Shown in pieces: positions 1 through 8,694 of a DNA stretch of 64,000 nt (within the stretch, counting starts at the first letter, position 1; each line of letters starts with the position of its first letter). Made by a program: the position numbers and the translations under genes. The stretch is from a virus. The notes below the pieces were generated by a model that searched no databases, was not told where the DNA came from, and saw nothing but the letters and a program-made list of their open reading frames with translations. The stretch spans positions 1 through 64,000 of IMG/VR virus record IMGVR_UViG_3300020202_000066; one strand, written 5' to 3'.

Positions 1-450
1 AACAGCTCGACGAGCTCCTGCCTCGCAGCCAGGGAACGCACCCTTCCGCCACACCATCGAGTGGCCACAGGTCAGCGACGCGACCTTGAACGCGCCCGGC
101 GGCAGCTCCTGAACGTGCACCTTAACTCCCGTCATCATTCCTCCGTGTGCTGCGCCATCAGCTCTGGCGCGCGTTGATTTGCCCGGGAACCGGTGCAGGC
201 ATGCCGTGTTCCGGTCCCGGGACTTTCATCATCCAGCCGATCCGGTCTAGGCCGGCGCCGCTGGCACGCCCTGGTTCGGGCATCGGGAATCAATTGGGGC
301 CATCGGGGTCGGCCCTTACCTCGGGTCCCGGGCGCAGCTTTTTGGGCCTCGGCTGCTCATGCACGCTCACCTCCTCGGTTGGGGCAAGGAGAGTTCCCCA
401 CCGGAACCCTAGCGGCTCGCGGCCCAGGACCGAGCGGCTAGATTCGGGAC

Positions 451-612
451 ATGGCCTCCCGCGCACTTGAGCACATCCACGTGACCCCGGTTGGTGACGT
501 GGTCGAGCACGATGAGTCGCCGCTGTGCCCATGTGTACCTGTCGAGGAACCGAGGATCATCGGCGACGCCCATCTCTGGGTTCACAAGCTGTTCCGCGAG
601 AATCTGAACTGA
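451..612 (+). CDS. small His/Cys phage protein (53 aa, not in ORF track)
   Basis: Manual translation MASRALEHIHVTPVGDVVEHDESPLCPCVP...HLWVHKLFRENLN*; HxxPxxDxxEH..CxC pattern recalled from small phage proteins. Confidence 0.5.
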   Translation: MASRALEHIHVTPVGDVVEHDESPLCPCVPVEEPRIIGDAHLWVHKLFRENLN

Positions 613-634
613 GCGCTTTCAGCCGGGGGAGTGC

Positions 635-1726
635 TCAGCTCTTCCCGTCGCTGCTCACCGGCGCATCCGGATCCACGCCGCCGGCGACGTCCTCCATCAC
701 GCGAGGCAGGAGCTCGTCGAGCTGTTCCGCCTTGAGGAAGTCCAGGCCAGTGAGCTGACCGCTACCGGTGAAGTGCTCCCCGCGGATGATCATGTAGGAG
801 AGGTCTCCCTTCCGCGCGAAGAAGAAGCTCTTACCTAGCCCGGCGAGGTTGGCCTGGACCTTGACGTTGGTGTCGATCTGGATCGATACCTTGATCGGCC
901 GGTCGTGGTTTTCCTCCGCCGCCTTGCAGCTCAGCGCGGTGACGTACGCAGCCTCAGTCGCCGGGAGTAGATCGTTCAGCGGGATGAAGCGCTCCTCGCC
1001 GAACAGCTCCCGCTTCGGCGGCGGCAGGCTTACGAGGTAATCGTCGTAGCGGTCGCTGAACCGGCTGGTGAGGGCATGGTGCAGCTCGCGCTGAAGTAGC
1101 TGCTTCGGGCCGGTCGGCGGGCGGATGTTGAGCATCTCGGCGAAATGGCTGGTCGCCGGCTGCCCGACCTTCACCCGTTCCGAGTCCTGCTGGAACCCGT
1201 CGAAGTACGGATAGGCGATGAACTTCCGCGGCTTGTTGACGATGACCTGCTGCGCGGCCGCGATGATCTCTGCGTCGGACAGCTGCCGGGCGTCTTCGAA
1301 ATCGCACTTGAACAGGAAGTAGAACGGCAGGCTCTTGCACCGGCCCGAGTCCACCGTCGCGCCCACGTGAATGAGCAATCCGGCGCGCGCGGCGGGAACC
1401 TGCGCGTACCGCTCGGACAGCAGAAGCGCCCGCGGCTCGAACTCCTCGAGGCTCACGACTGAGACCATCGATCCCAGGAGATCGCGGTCCTCATCCCCGG
1501 CCTCTGAGTTCTTGAAGTTCCAGGCCTTGCACGACGAGGTGTCGTTGATGCTCGCTTTCCGCAGCCAGGCCGAGGAGAGGAGGGAGTCGAGAAGCTCTTG
1601 GAGGAGCTCCTCTCCGACCTCGAAGTGGCGCCGGCTGCGGACGTGATCGATGATCCTGCCGGCCTTCGCGTCACCGGTGCAGCGGTGGATGACCAGGTAC
1701 AACAGTCGCCAATCGAAATCCTTCAT
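635..1726 (-). CDS. DUF3900/DUF3898-like protein (possible nucleoid-associated protein)
   Basis: Motifs ARAGLL..FLFKCDFE..KFIAYPY..PKREL recall the Bacillus DUF3900/DUF3898 family; RBS GGAGAGG. Confidence 0.55.
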   Translation of the reverse strand: MKDFDWRLLYLVIHRCTGDAKAGRIIDHVRSRRHFEVGEELLQELLDSLLSSAWLRKASINDTSSCKAWNFKNSEAGDEDRDLLGSMVSVVSLEEFEPRALLLSERYAQVPAARAGLLIHVGATVDSGRCKSLPFYFLFKCDFEDARQLSDAEIIAAAQQVIVNKPRKFIAYPYFDGFQQDSERVKVGQPATSHFAEMLNIRPPTGPKQLLQRELHHALTSRFSDRYDDYLVSLPPPKRELFGEERFIPLNDLLPATEAAYVTALSCKAAEENHDRPIKVSIQIDTNVKVQANLAGLGKSFFFARKGDLSYMIIRGEHFTGSGQLTGLDFLKAEQLDELLPRVMEDVAGGVDPDAPVSSDGKS

Positions 1727-1745
1727 CGCGATCCTCTCCCTCCCG

Positions 1746-2843
1746 TCAGCGAACGCCCGTGGATCCGAAGCCAGCTGTTCCCCGGGCGGAGGGCGTCAGC
1801 TCGTCAGACTCGATGATCTCGACCTGAGGCACCCGGTGCAGGGTGCCCTGGCAGATGCGGCTCCCCGGCTGCATTTCCGCTGCGTCCCACGCGGAGGGAT
1901 AGGGTGCTGTCATCACGACCCGGAGCGGGCCGCGATACCCCGCGTCGATCACTCCACCGATGACAGCCAGTCCATGCTTCGCGTGGCCCGAGCGCTCGCG
2001 GAGCTGGAGATACCAGCCGGGCGGGATCTCGATGGCAACCCCGAGCTCGAACACTCGGGTGAACGGCTTCAGCTTGTCGTCGGGAGTTGGGAGCCAGAAG
2101 AAGTCCAGGCCGGCGTCATCGTCGTGCGCGCGTACGGGTAGCCTCGCGTCCGGGTGGAGGCGCTTCACCCGAAGAGGGATAGACTCGGCGGTCGGCTTGA
2201 CCTTCACGGCTGGACCGCGAGTCAGCTGGATCGACTCCACCCCGATGGGCTCGTAGTACGGGAGGAGGTCGCTGCCGCCAAATCGAATGAGGTGGCTGTG
2301 CAGAGCCAGCCTCTCGGTGTACGTCATCCACTCGTCGGTGAGAACAATGCCGATGTAGATGGTGTAGTTGAGCAGATCGACAGCTGTGTCCAGCAGCTTC
2401 TCGTCGGCCACCCGGAGCTCGGCGCCAGCGAGGAGCGCATTCGAGATCCGGGAAAGCTTGTCCCCGATTCGAACGAAGAGCCCAAGTGTCGAGCCCTTCG
2501 CGATGTTCGCCGCGCCGTAGTCGTGATTCTTGTTCGTTGAGAGTGAGCGAGCGCGAGCGCATGTCTCTTCGAACAGGGTTCCGAGGTGATCCTGTTTTGT
2601 CAGCTGGCAGCAGAGGCGGAGAACGGCGAAACTCTCCGCGATCAAGTCAATCGATCGGTTCAGATTGACGGGAGTGCCCGCCTGCTTGAGAGTTCCCGCC
2701 TCCACGGATTGGAGCAGGAACCGAAGGTAGGTGACCTCGAGTCTTCCAACGAGGGCGGGGTCGGGCTGGCAGACGTCGAGGTTCATCTCGCGATGACGAT
2801 CGAGGCCCTTCTCGAAGAGGCTCTCGTAGAGCTGGATGTTCAA
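1746..2843 (-). CDS. dut: Nmad1 (DUF1599)-like domain fused to trimeric dUTPase
   Basis: C-term dUTPase motifs AGLD, RSG, GVIDAGYRG, RICQ, RGTAGFGSTG; middle KNHDYG..VRIGDKLSR..DTAVDLLNY. Confidence 0.85.
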   Translation of the reverse strand: MNIQLYESLFEKGLDRHREMNLDVCQPDPALVGRLEVTYLRFLLQSVEAGTLKQAGTPVNLNRSIDLIAESFAVLRLCCQLTKQDHLGTLFEETCARARSLSTNKNHDYGAANIAKGSTLGLFVRIGDKLSRISNALLAGAELRVADEKLLDTAVDLLNYTIYIGIVLTDEWMTYTERLALHSHLIRFGGSDLLPYYEPIGVESIQLTRGPAVKVKPTAESIPLRVKRLHPDARLPVRAHDDDAGLDFFWLPTPDDKLKPFTRVFELGVAIEIPPGWYLQLRERSGHAKHGLAVIGGVIDAGYRGPLRVVMTAPYPSAWDAAEMQPGSRICQGTLHRVPQVEIIESDELTPSARGTAGFGSTGVR

Positions 2844-2852
2844 GAAACCCTC

Positions 2853-3953
2853 CTACACGTGGGTGAGGGGCATCAGGATGGTGACGAATCCGCTATCGCC
2901 GGAGGGGCGCATCGTGCTGGGGTAGGTCTCCTTCGTGAATCCCCACGTGAAGTTGGGAGTGCCGCACGTTGCGAGGAAGTCGAGGACATACTTCGCGTTG
3001 AAGGCTAGCAGCCGGCCCGGTCCATCGAGGACGCACTCGACCTCGCGACGGGCCTCGCCGAATTCTGGTGACATCGAGCTGACGACTATCCGATCATCTC
3101 GGAAGTCGAAGAACACCTTGTTCTTCGTGTCCTTCGCGAGAGGGAGCACGCCCTTCAGGTTGTCGATCAGCTCCTGCGTCCGAATGCTCGCCGAGGTGGC
3201 CTGCGTCTTCGGGAGGATCGTGCGGAAGTTCGGGAACGTCTTGTCAGACAGACGAGCACGGATCTCCGTGGGGCCCAGGGTGAACCCCACGTGCTCCTCC
3301 GAGAGACTCACTCCGACGGTCGCCTGGCCCCTCAGCATGGGCAGCAGCTCGGCCAGAGAATGAGACGGCACGAGCGCCGTGAAGTCCGGGATCTCCACGC
3401 CCTCGACCTTGCGCGCCCACATCGCGAGTCGGACGCTGTCGGTGGCGACGATGCTCAACTCGCCGGCCACGCAGTCCAGGTGCACCTCCGCGTAGGTGGT
3501 CGACTCGCCACCGGCCACCGGCAGCACCTGGCGGAGGGCTTCGGTCAGCAGAGCTGTTGGAACATCGAACCGCTTCAGCGGATCGGTCACCGAGGTGACC
3601 ACCGATCCGAACACCTCGTAGCCGGACACGTCGTATCGCGCATCCGCGCTCGTCACGACAGCGCGCAGTCCCTGGGTGGAAACTTCCACCCTGTCCTGCC
3701 GCGACGTCAGGACGCCACGCAGGATGTCCATCCCCAGGCGGCCGACGATCGCGACGGAGCCGTTCTCGCCCTCATCCACGGGCATCGAAGTGGAGGCCGA
3801 GAGCTGGTGGTTCTCCGTCGCGAGCCGGAGAGTCCCGTCCCTCACCTCCATCTGCACGTTAAGATCGCTGTGCGTGACAGCGCTCGCCGGACAAACCTTA
3901 GCGACCGTCTCGAACGCACCCACCAGGGTTTCCTTGTGGCAGGCGAACCTCAT
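2853..3953 (-). CDS. dnaN: DNA polymerase III beta sliding clamp
   Basis: 366 aa from ATG 3953; VATDSVRLA, FPNFRTILP, AFNAKYVLD, ILMP C-terminus. Confidence 0.9.
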   Translation of the reverse strand: MRFACHKETLVGAFETVAKVCPASAVTHSDLNVQMEVRDGTLRLATENHQLSASTSMPVDEGENGSVAIVGRLGMDILRGVLTSRQDRVEVSTQGLRAVVTSADARYDVSGYEVFGSVVTSVTDPLKRFDVPTALLTEALRQVLPVAGGESTTYAEVHLDCVAGELSIVATDSVRLAMWARKVEGVEIPDFTALVPSHSLAELLPMLRGQATVGVSLSEEHVGFTLGPTEIRARLSDKTFPNFRTILPKTQATSASIRTQELIDNLKGVLPLAKDTKNKVFFDFRDDRIVVSSMSPEFGEARREVECVLDGPGRLLAFNAKYVLDFLATCGTPNFTWGFTKETYPSTMRPSGDSGFVTILMPLTHV

Positions 3954-4258
3954 TCCTCGCTCCCTTCGCAGGACGGAATCACGCCCTGCCACACTCCGCA
4001 CGATGACGGTTCCACGCCGAAGTCAGGTGGCTCCCACTCGGCGTTGGCGACGGCCGATGCCGTGGCGGCGGCGGCGCTCTCGACCGCGGCGCCACTATCG
4101 CCTGCTGGCGCGGTCGGCCCCTTCGAGATCAGGCGATCCCGCAGGCTCGCCTGAAGTCGCTCGACACACCCGGGCCGGATGAACCCGGCGCGCACCCATT
4201 CCTTGACCCACTGCCAAGCCAGCTTGTCTGCGGCTTGGAGCATCGGATCACCTTCCAT
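3950..4258 (-). CDS. hypothetical protein
   Basis: RBS-preceded ATG, stop overlaps dnaN start. Confidence 0.45.
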   Translation of the reverse strand: MEGDPMLQAADKLAWQWVKEWVRAGFIRPGCVERLQASLRDRLISKGPTAPAGDSGAAVESAAAATASAVANAEWEPPDFGVEPSSCGVWQGVIPSCEGSEE

Positions 4259-4310
4259 CTCGATCACCTCTCTCCCCCCGGCTCTGAGGCTCGCACGTCG
4301 CCCGAGAGGC

Positions 4311-4517
4311 TCAGTGTGAGCGCTCGTTGACTGACTTGATCCAGGCGCTGTGTGTCTTGACCACCTGCTCCACCACAAGCAGCCGCGCCTCGCTGTTTGC
4401 CTGAGCGCTTCCGATCAGCACGATCTCCACGGTGAGCGCGCTCAGCATCACGCCCAGCGATGCCCCCATTCCGAGCAGCAGCGCGGCCTTGAACATCCGA
4501 GTCAGCGTGTCGCACAT
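4311..4517 (-). CDS. small membrane protein
   Basis: One hydrophobic helix; RBS GAGG. Confidence 0.5.
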   Translation of the reverse strand: MCDTLTRMFKAALLLGMGASLGVMLSALTVEIVLIGSAQANSEARLLVVEQVVKTHSAWIKSVNERSH

Positions 4518-4795
4518 CTACCGGATTCCTCCTTTGCTCCCGAGGTGCGCAGGTTCGCGATCAAGAAGATCGCGATACCCATCGCGACTCTCTCGAGCCC
4601 GCCGATCAGGACCACGCACGCTCCTTCGAGAACGATGGCCAGCCAGCTCAACACCGCGAACATCAGAGCCGCGTCGACGAAGGAGTTGCGAGCCCAGACC
4701 AACCCGGCGATCGTGAGCTGGATGATCAAGGCTGATCGCGCCGTGGGGGACCGCAGGGTGATGATCGTCTCGCCGTCGCTATCGGTGTCCGCCAT
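4502..4795 (-). CDS. membrane protein
   Basis: 2-3 hydrophobic segments; coupled to upstream ORF. Confidence 0.5.
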   Translation of the reverse strand: MADTDSDGETIITLRSPTARSALIIQLTIAGLVWARNSFVDAALMFAVLSWLAIVLEGACVVLIGGLERVAMGIAIFLIANLRTSGAKEESGRCATR

Positions 4796-5106
4796 CAGAG
4801 GTCTCCCTGCTGCTCGAGCAGGCGCTCGACCTTGCCGGTGCACCCAGCGAGCGACGAGCAAGCAGGTCGGCTGCAACGGCTGGGGTGAGGTCCTCTGCAG
4901 GAGTTCCACCCGCCAGGGTGGTGGTAGAGGAAGCAGCTCCTGCAAAGGTAGATCACGCTCCTACAGTGCTGGTCATGAGCTCGGAGCGGTGGAACGCTCA
5001 CGCAGGCCGTCGCGGGACCGGTGGGCCTGAAGCGATCACACGGCTGGCATCGCTCGGGGCAGCCATCCAGGGAATCGAAGTCGCGCCCGGAACTCTGTTC
5101 GCTCAA
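4795..5106 (-). CDS. Cys/His-rich hypothetical protein
   Basis: AGGAGG RBS, TTG start, CxxC motifs. Confidence 0.45.
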   Translation of the reverse strand: MSEQSSGRDFDSLDGCPERCQPCDRFRPTGPATACVSVPPLRAHDQHCRSVIYLCRSCFLYHHPGGWNSCRGPHPSRCSRPACSSLAGCTGKVERLLEQQGDL

Positions 5107-5215
5107 GTCAGTCCTCCTGACCTGGTAGGGCCAACCTTGAGTTTCCGGAATCGCAGAGGATTCCGGAGAACCGGCGGAGGGCGGTGTGACGTGTGGCCCT
5201 GATCAGGGCCAGGTG

Positions 5216-5249
5216 GCCTTGTACAGGTCCGAGTGGACCTGTACAGGTC
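5216..5249. repeat. tandem 14-bp palindromes GACCTG-NN-CAGGTC (20-bp period), copy 1
   Basis: gccttgtacaggtc + gacctgtacaggtc; 5224-5249 matches 18448-18473 at 25/26 nt. Confidence 0.75.
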
Positions 5250-5362
5250 CACCTGGATCTGGTTGGATCCACCTGCGGCAGGTGAAAGGTCCGGCCGCTG
5301 CATGGCATGCTGGCTCGAGGTAGCCCGCCCGCGGGCGCTGCAGCCTCGAGAGAGGCGAGGGG

Positions 5363-6004
5363 ATGGCTGGGATGCGCATGCGTCAGCTTGCTCTGGGGCT
5401 TGTGACCATGTTGGTGGCGTCGCTGACGGCGCAGTCCGCGCTCGCCAGAGGCAGAGGAGGGGGTACGGGCGCAGGCCACTTCACGTACGTCAGCGGCTAC
5501 ACCAGGAGTGACGGCACATCGGTCAGCGGCTACTCCCGATGGAGTGGCGGCGGACGGTCGGCGTCGTACTCCTCGGGGAGCTACGGCTACGGCAGCTCGG
5601 GATACTACGGCGACAGCGGAGGAAACTCGATCCAGGGCTCGATCTCCCGTGGCAACTGCTGGCGCTGCAGTGGTGCGGTGACTCACCCTGGCGGAATTCT
5701 CTGCGACGCGTGCGTGATTGCGGCCAACAACGAGGCTCGCAAAGTCGTCTGGGCGCGAGAGGACGAGGAAGAGCGGAGCCGCAACTCGCGCGGCGCAGTT
5801 GGTGTCTCGTCCCAAGATGCGGGTGTTCCAGTCACCGCCACGTCCGGATCGGCTGCGCCGACTGAGCCCACCCCCGCTGTGGGGGGAACCGACACGGGCT
5901 CTAGTTCGGATAGCGGCGGTGGCCCCAGCTATAGGCCGCAGAAGAAGCGCTGGGATCCAAGCGAGCACCCGCGGGATGCGCGCGGAAGGTTCAAGAAAAA
6001 ATAG
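5363..6004 (+). CDS. secreted low-complexity protein
   Basis: Signal peptide; YVSGYTRSDGTSVSGYSR motif; CxxC..CxxC; C-terminal WDPSEHPRDARGRF. Confidence 0.7.
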   Translation: MAGMRMRQLALGLVTMLVASLTAQSALARGRGGGTGAGHFTYVSGYTRSDGTSVSGYSRWSGGGRSASYSSGSYGYGSSGYYGDSGGNSIQGSISRGNCWRCSGAVTHPGGILCDACVIAANNEARKVVWAREDEEERSRNSRGAVGVSSQDAGVPVTATSGSAAPTEPTPAVGGTDTGSSSDSGGGPSYRPQKKRWDPSEHPRDARGRFKKK

Positions 6005-6783
6005 TTTGATGATCAGAGCTGCCGGGCGCGCCATGACGCATGGCCGAACCGCGCGGCGGTCATGCCATTTCCCGCCCCGGGTGTCACTCTTCTGGCATGG
6101 CGCTGCAGATTGCATGCCATCGATCGCGCCCCGTACCCTCCCCCCATAGCCGGTTGTTGCTGTACCAGGAGGGGGAGCGCGATGAAGTCCGACCAGTTCG
6201 CCCGCAAGCGCCATGACGTTGGCCCGCCGACACGTGGTGCGCCTCCCGTCGAGCCTGCCGCCTGAACGACAAGCGCCCCGCTCGCTGACACCTGCGCCGT
6301 TCGCCCAGGTGGGCTTCGCCTTGCCGTGAACGCCTGACAGGAGCGCTGCCGCTGCGGCGGCTCCTGCCAGGTCCGCTTCCTGCCGATGGCTCCCATGGGG
6401 GCCAGCCATCCCGGACCGGCCCCGTTCGGTCTGGCGGTCGGTCGTTCTCGACGGCGGTCGCATCGCGTCCTCTCGATCCTCGGTCAACCCACCGGCCGGA
6501 GGGATTCTCCTGGGGTTCTCTCGTTCGGAACGCACCAGCCGATGGTGAGATCCGGAGAACAGCCCCCCTACCCCCCAGCCGGTAGAGACCGGCCCGGTGG
6601 CTCGAGTGACTGCTCCGGATCGCCCATCCGCGCACGACATCAGCCGCGTGGAGCCGACCCGTCGGCTGGGACTTCGATCAGCGCCCAGCTGCGTACCCCC
6701 AGGCCCTTCGATGAGGGCCATCGTTTGGATCCTAGCCGTCCACCTGCGGCGAGTCAAGGGGATCGAAAAAAGATTCGATCGAC

Positions 6784-6813
6784 TTGACGATTCGCGCCAC
6801 GACCGAATAGACT
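6784..6813 (+). promoter_or_regulatory. sigma70-like promoter
   Basis: TTGACG-N18-TAGACT just before GGAGG RBS and TTG 6827. Confidence 0.55.
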
Positions 6814-6826
6814 CCGGAGGTAGGGC

Positions 6827-7366
6827 TTGAGCACCGGCGAGAAAGTCGATCGCCCGACGAAGCCAGGGAAGACCCGGATGAAGGAAATGTTGGAGGTCAG
6901 AGGCTTGAAGCAGAGCTGGGTAGCTCGGCGCCTCGGGCTGAAGACCAGCACCCTCTCCGGCTACGTCAGCGGTCGTAACCCCCCGCCTCGAGAGGTGCTC
7001 GATGCGATGGCGGAGTTGCTGCAATGCCGGGTGGAGGAACTCGAGAACGGGGTGGCGAAGGGCCGCAAGCACGTCGCTCGGATGACCGAGGTAGACACCG
7101 CGGTTCTCGTCGAGAGAATGGCAGCCAAGGACCTCACGGTTCAGGAGCTGGCGGATCTGTTGGAGGTTTCGAAGCAGACCGTGTACCTCTGGCGCAAGAA
7201 CCAGTCCTCGCCTGAGGGCGTGCACCTTGAGAATCTCTGCAGAGTGCTGGGAGTATCCGCTGCCGAGATCGTTCGGCCGATCAAACTGACTCCAGCACGA
7301 GTCGTCGCCGCGGGCGGCGAGCCTCCTGCCGCGAAGTCCCGCTCGCCCCGAAAGGCGGGCCGCTGA
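6827..7366 (+). CDS. tandem XRE-family HTH regulator
   Basis: Two HTH_3 domains (LKQSWVARRLGLKTSTLSGY; LTVQELADLLEVSKQTVYLW). Confidence 0.85.
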   Translation: MSTGEKVDRPTKPGKTRMKEMLEVRGLKQSWVARRLGLKTSTLSGYVSGRNPPPREVLDAMAELLQCRVEELENGVAKGRKHVARMTEVDTAVLVERMAAKDLTVQELADLLEVSKQTVYLWRKNQSSPEGVHLENLCRVLGVSAAEIVRPIKLTPARVVAAGGEPPAAKSRSPRKAGR

Positions 7367-7794
7367 TGCGCGCATCTTCTCTCTCCCTTCGCTCCAGGGA
7401 TTCCCTCAGGCCGAATCCAGCTGCAGAAGGTGGGGCTCGGAGAACAGCCCCCCCTCCCCCCACAGGGAAGACCCCGTGCGCGGTAGGTAGAACGCCGTCC
7501 GCAACCCGCCGTCTGCTCCGCCCGCTCGCTGCAGCGTGGAGCCGGCCCGTCGTCCAGGAGTTCCAGCCCCTGGCTGCATGCCCCGCGGCCGTGAAGCCGC
7601 CGAAAGGAAGACTACAGGGCCCGGGGTGGGTTGTCGATAATCACACTAACTTTTTCGAGTGCCAAGGGGTTCTCGGCGGCGGTCGAGGGAGGCTGTCGGA
7701 TCCCTCATGGCCGCTAGATGTTTTGCCGTTCCTGCTCATGAGCGGCCGAGCGGGGGCCCCGCCCCAAGCACTTCGAAAAATTAGTGTAATTTCG

Positions 7795-7824
7795 TTGACG
7801 TCAGTCGACCCGGCCGGCTACCCT
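7795..7824 (+). promoter_or_regulatory. sigma70-like promoter
   Basis: TTGACG-N18-TACCCT upstream of ATG 7849, next to an AT-rich inverted repeat arm. Confidence 0.5.
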
Positions 7825-7848
7825 TTGAAAGGTGAGGCGTGCGAATCG

Positions 7849-8694
7849 ATGGCGGACGAGCCTGAGAAATCTGAGGAGCGTAGGAAGACCGAGCTGGAGA
7901 AGAGAGTTCGCCAGACAGGGCTCAAGAAGAAGCACATCGCGAATCTGTTGGGTGTCCACGTCGTAACGTTTTCCAACTGGCTGAAGTATGGGAACATCCC
8001 AGACGACAAGTTGGCGATTCTGGTGGGGATTTGTCTGAGCAACGGGGTGCGGATGACGCCGGCGGAGATTCGAGCGGCCAACGGCTTCCTTCGGCCTCGT
8101 GGTCGGCCTTCGAAGAAGGCGGTGGCGCTGGGCCATTACGCTAGCCTCACGCACCTGCCTCGGAAGGAGCTTGCGAACATCCCGATCCAGACGAACGCCG
8201 CGATGCGAGTGCTTTCTCAATCGAGCCAGACCTCTCTCCTGCCTGTTCTTGGGCGGATCCCGGCGGGTGGGGTGCGTCGCATAGAAGAACTTGCTGAAGC
8301 TTCGATTGAGTATCCGACGGCGCAGCTGAAGCGGGGAGGTGAGCACTTCGCGCTCAAGGTTCATGGCGACTCGATGGACCGCCTCTTCATTGAGGACGGC
8401 GATCTCGCGATCATCCGGAAGCAGGAGACAGCGAAGGATGGGCAGGTGGTCGTCGCTGCTCTGGACGGAGAGGTCACCCTCAAGGTGCTGCGCCTTCGCA
8501 AGGACACCGCCACGTTACTCCCTGAGAGCAACAACCCGGCGCACCAGCCAATCGAATGCGGAGATCGGCCGCCCGAAATCTACGGTGTGCTCGTTGGCTT
8601 GTTGAAAGAAGAGCTTCCCAAGATCAAGACGGAGAAGTTTGCGCGTGTCCCGATGGTGCAGCGGGGGGCGCGCAGCAAGAAGGTGAGCAAGTGA
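7849..8694 (+). CDS. LexA/CI-like repressor (HTH + S24 autopeptidase)
   Basis: N-term HTH; GRIPAG cleavage site; GDSM Ser and VTLK Lys dyad; true start likely ATG 7849. Confidence 0.9.
   Translation: MADEPEKSEERRKTELEKRVRQTGLKKKHIANLLGVHVVTFSNWLKYGNIPDDKLAILVGICLSNGVRMTPAEIRAANGFLRPRGRPSKKAVALGHYASLTHLPRKELANIPIQTNAAMRVLSQSSQTSLLPVLGRIPAGGVRRIEELAEASIEYPTAQLKRGGEHFALKVHGDSMDRLFIEDGDLAIIRKQETAKDGQVVVAALDGEVTLKVLRLRKDTATLLPESNNPAHQPIECGDRPPEIYGVLVGLLKEELPKIKTEKFARVPMVQRGARSKKVSK

Noticed and set aside
6104-6119. sigma54-like site TGGCATGCAATCTGCA on the minus strand
   Set aside because: Correct spacing but no plausible gene directly downstream; may be chance.
5108-7375. 755-aa minus-strand ORF and similar long antisense ORFs
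   Set aside because: Arg/Ala/Pro-rich shadows of real plus-strand genes in high-GC DNA.
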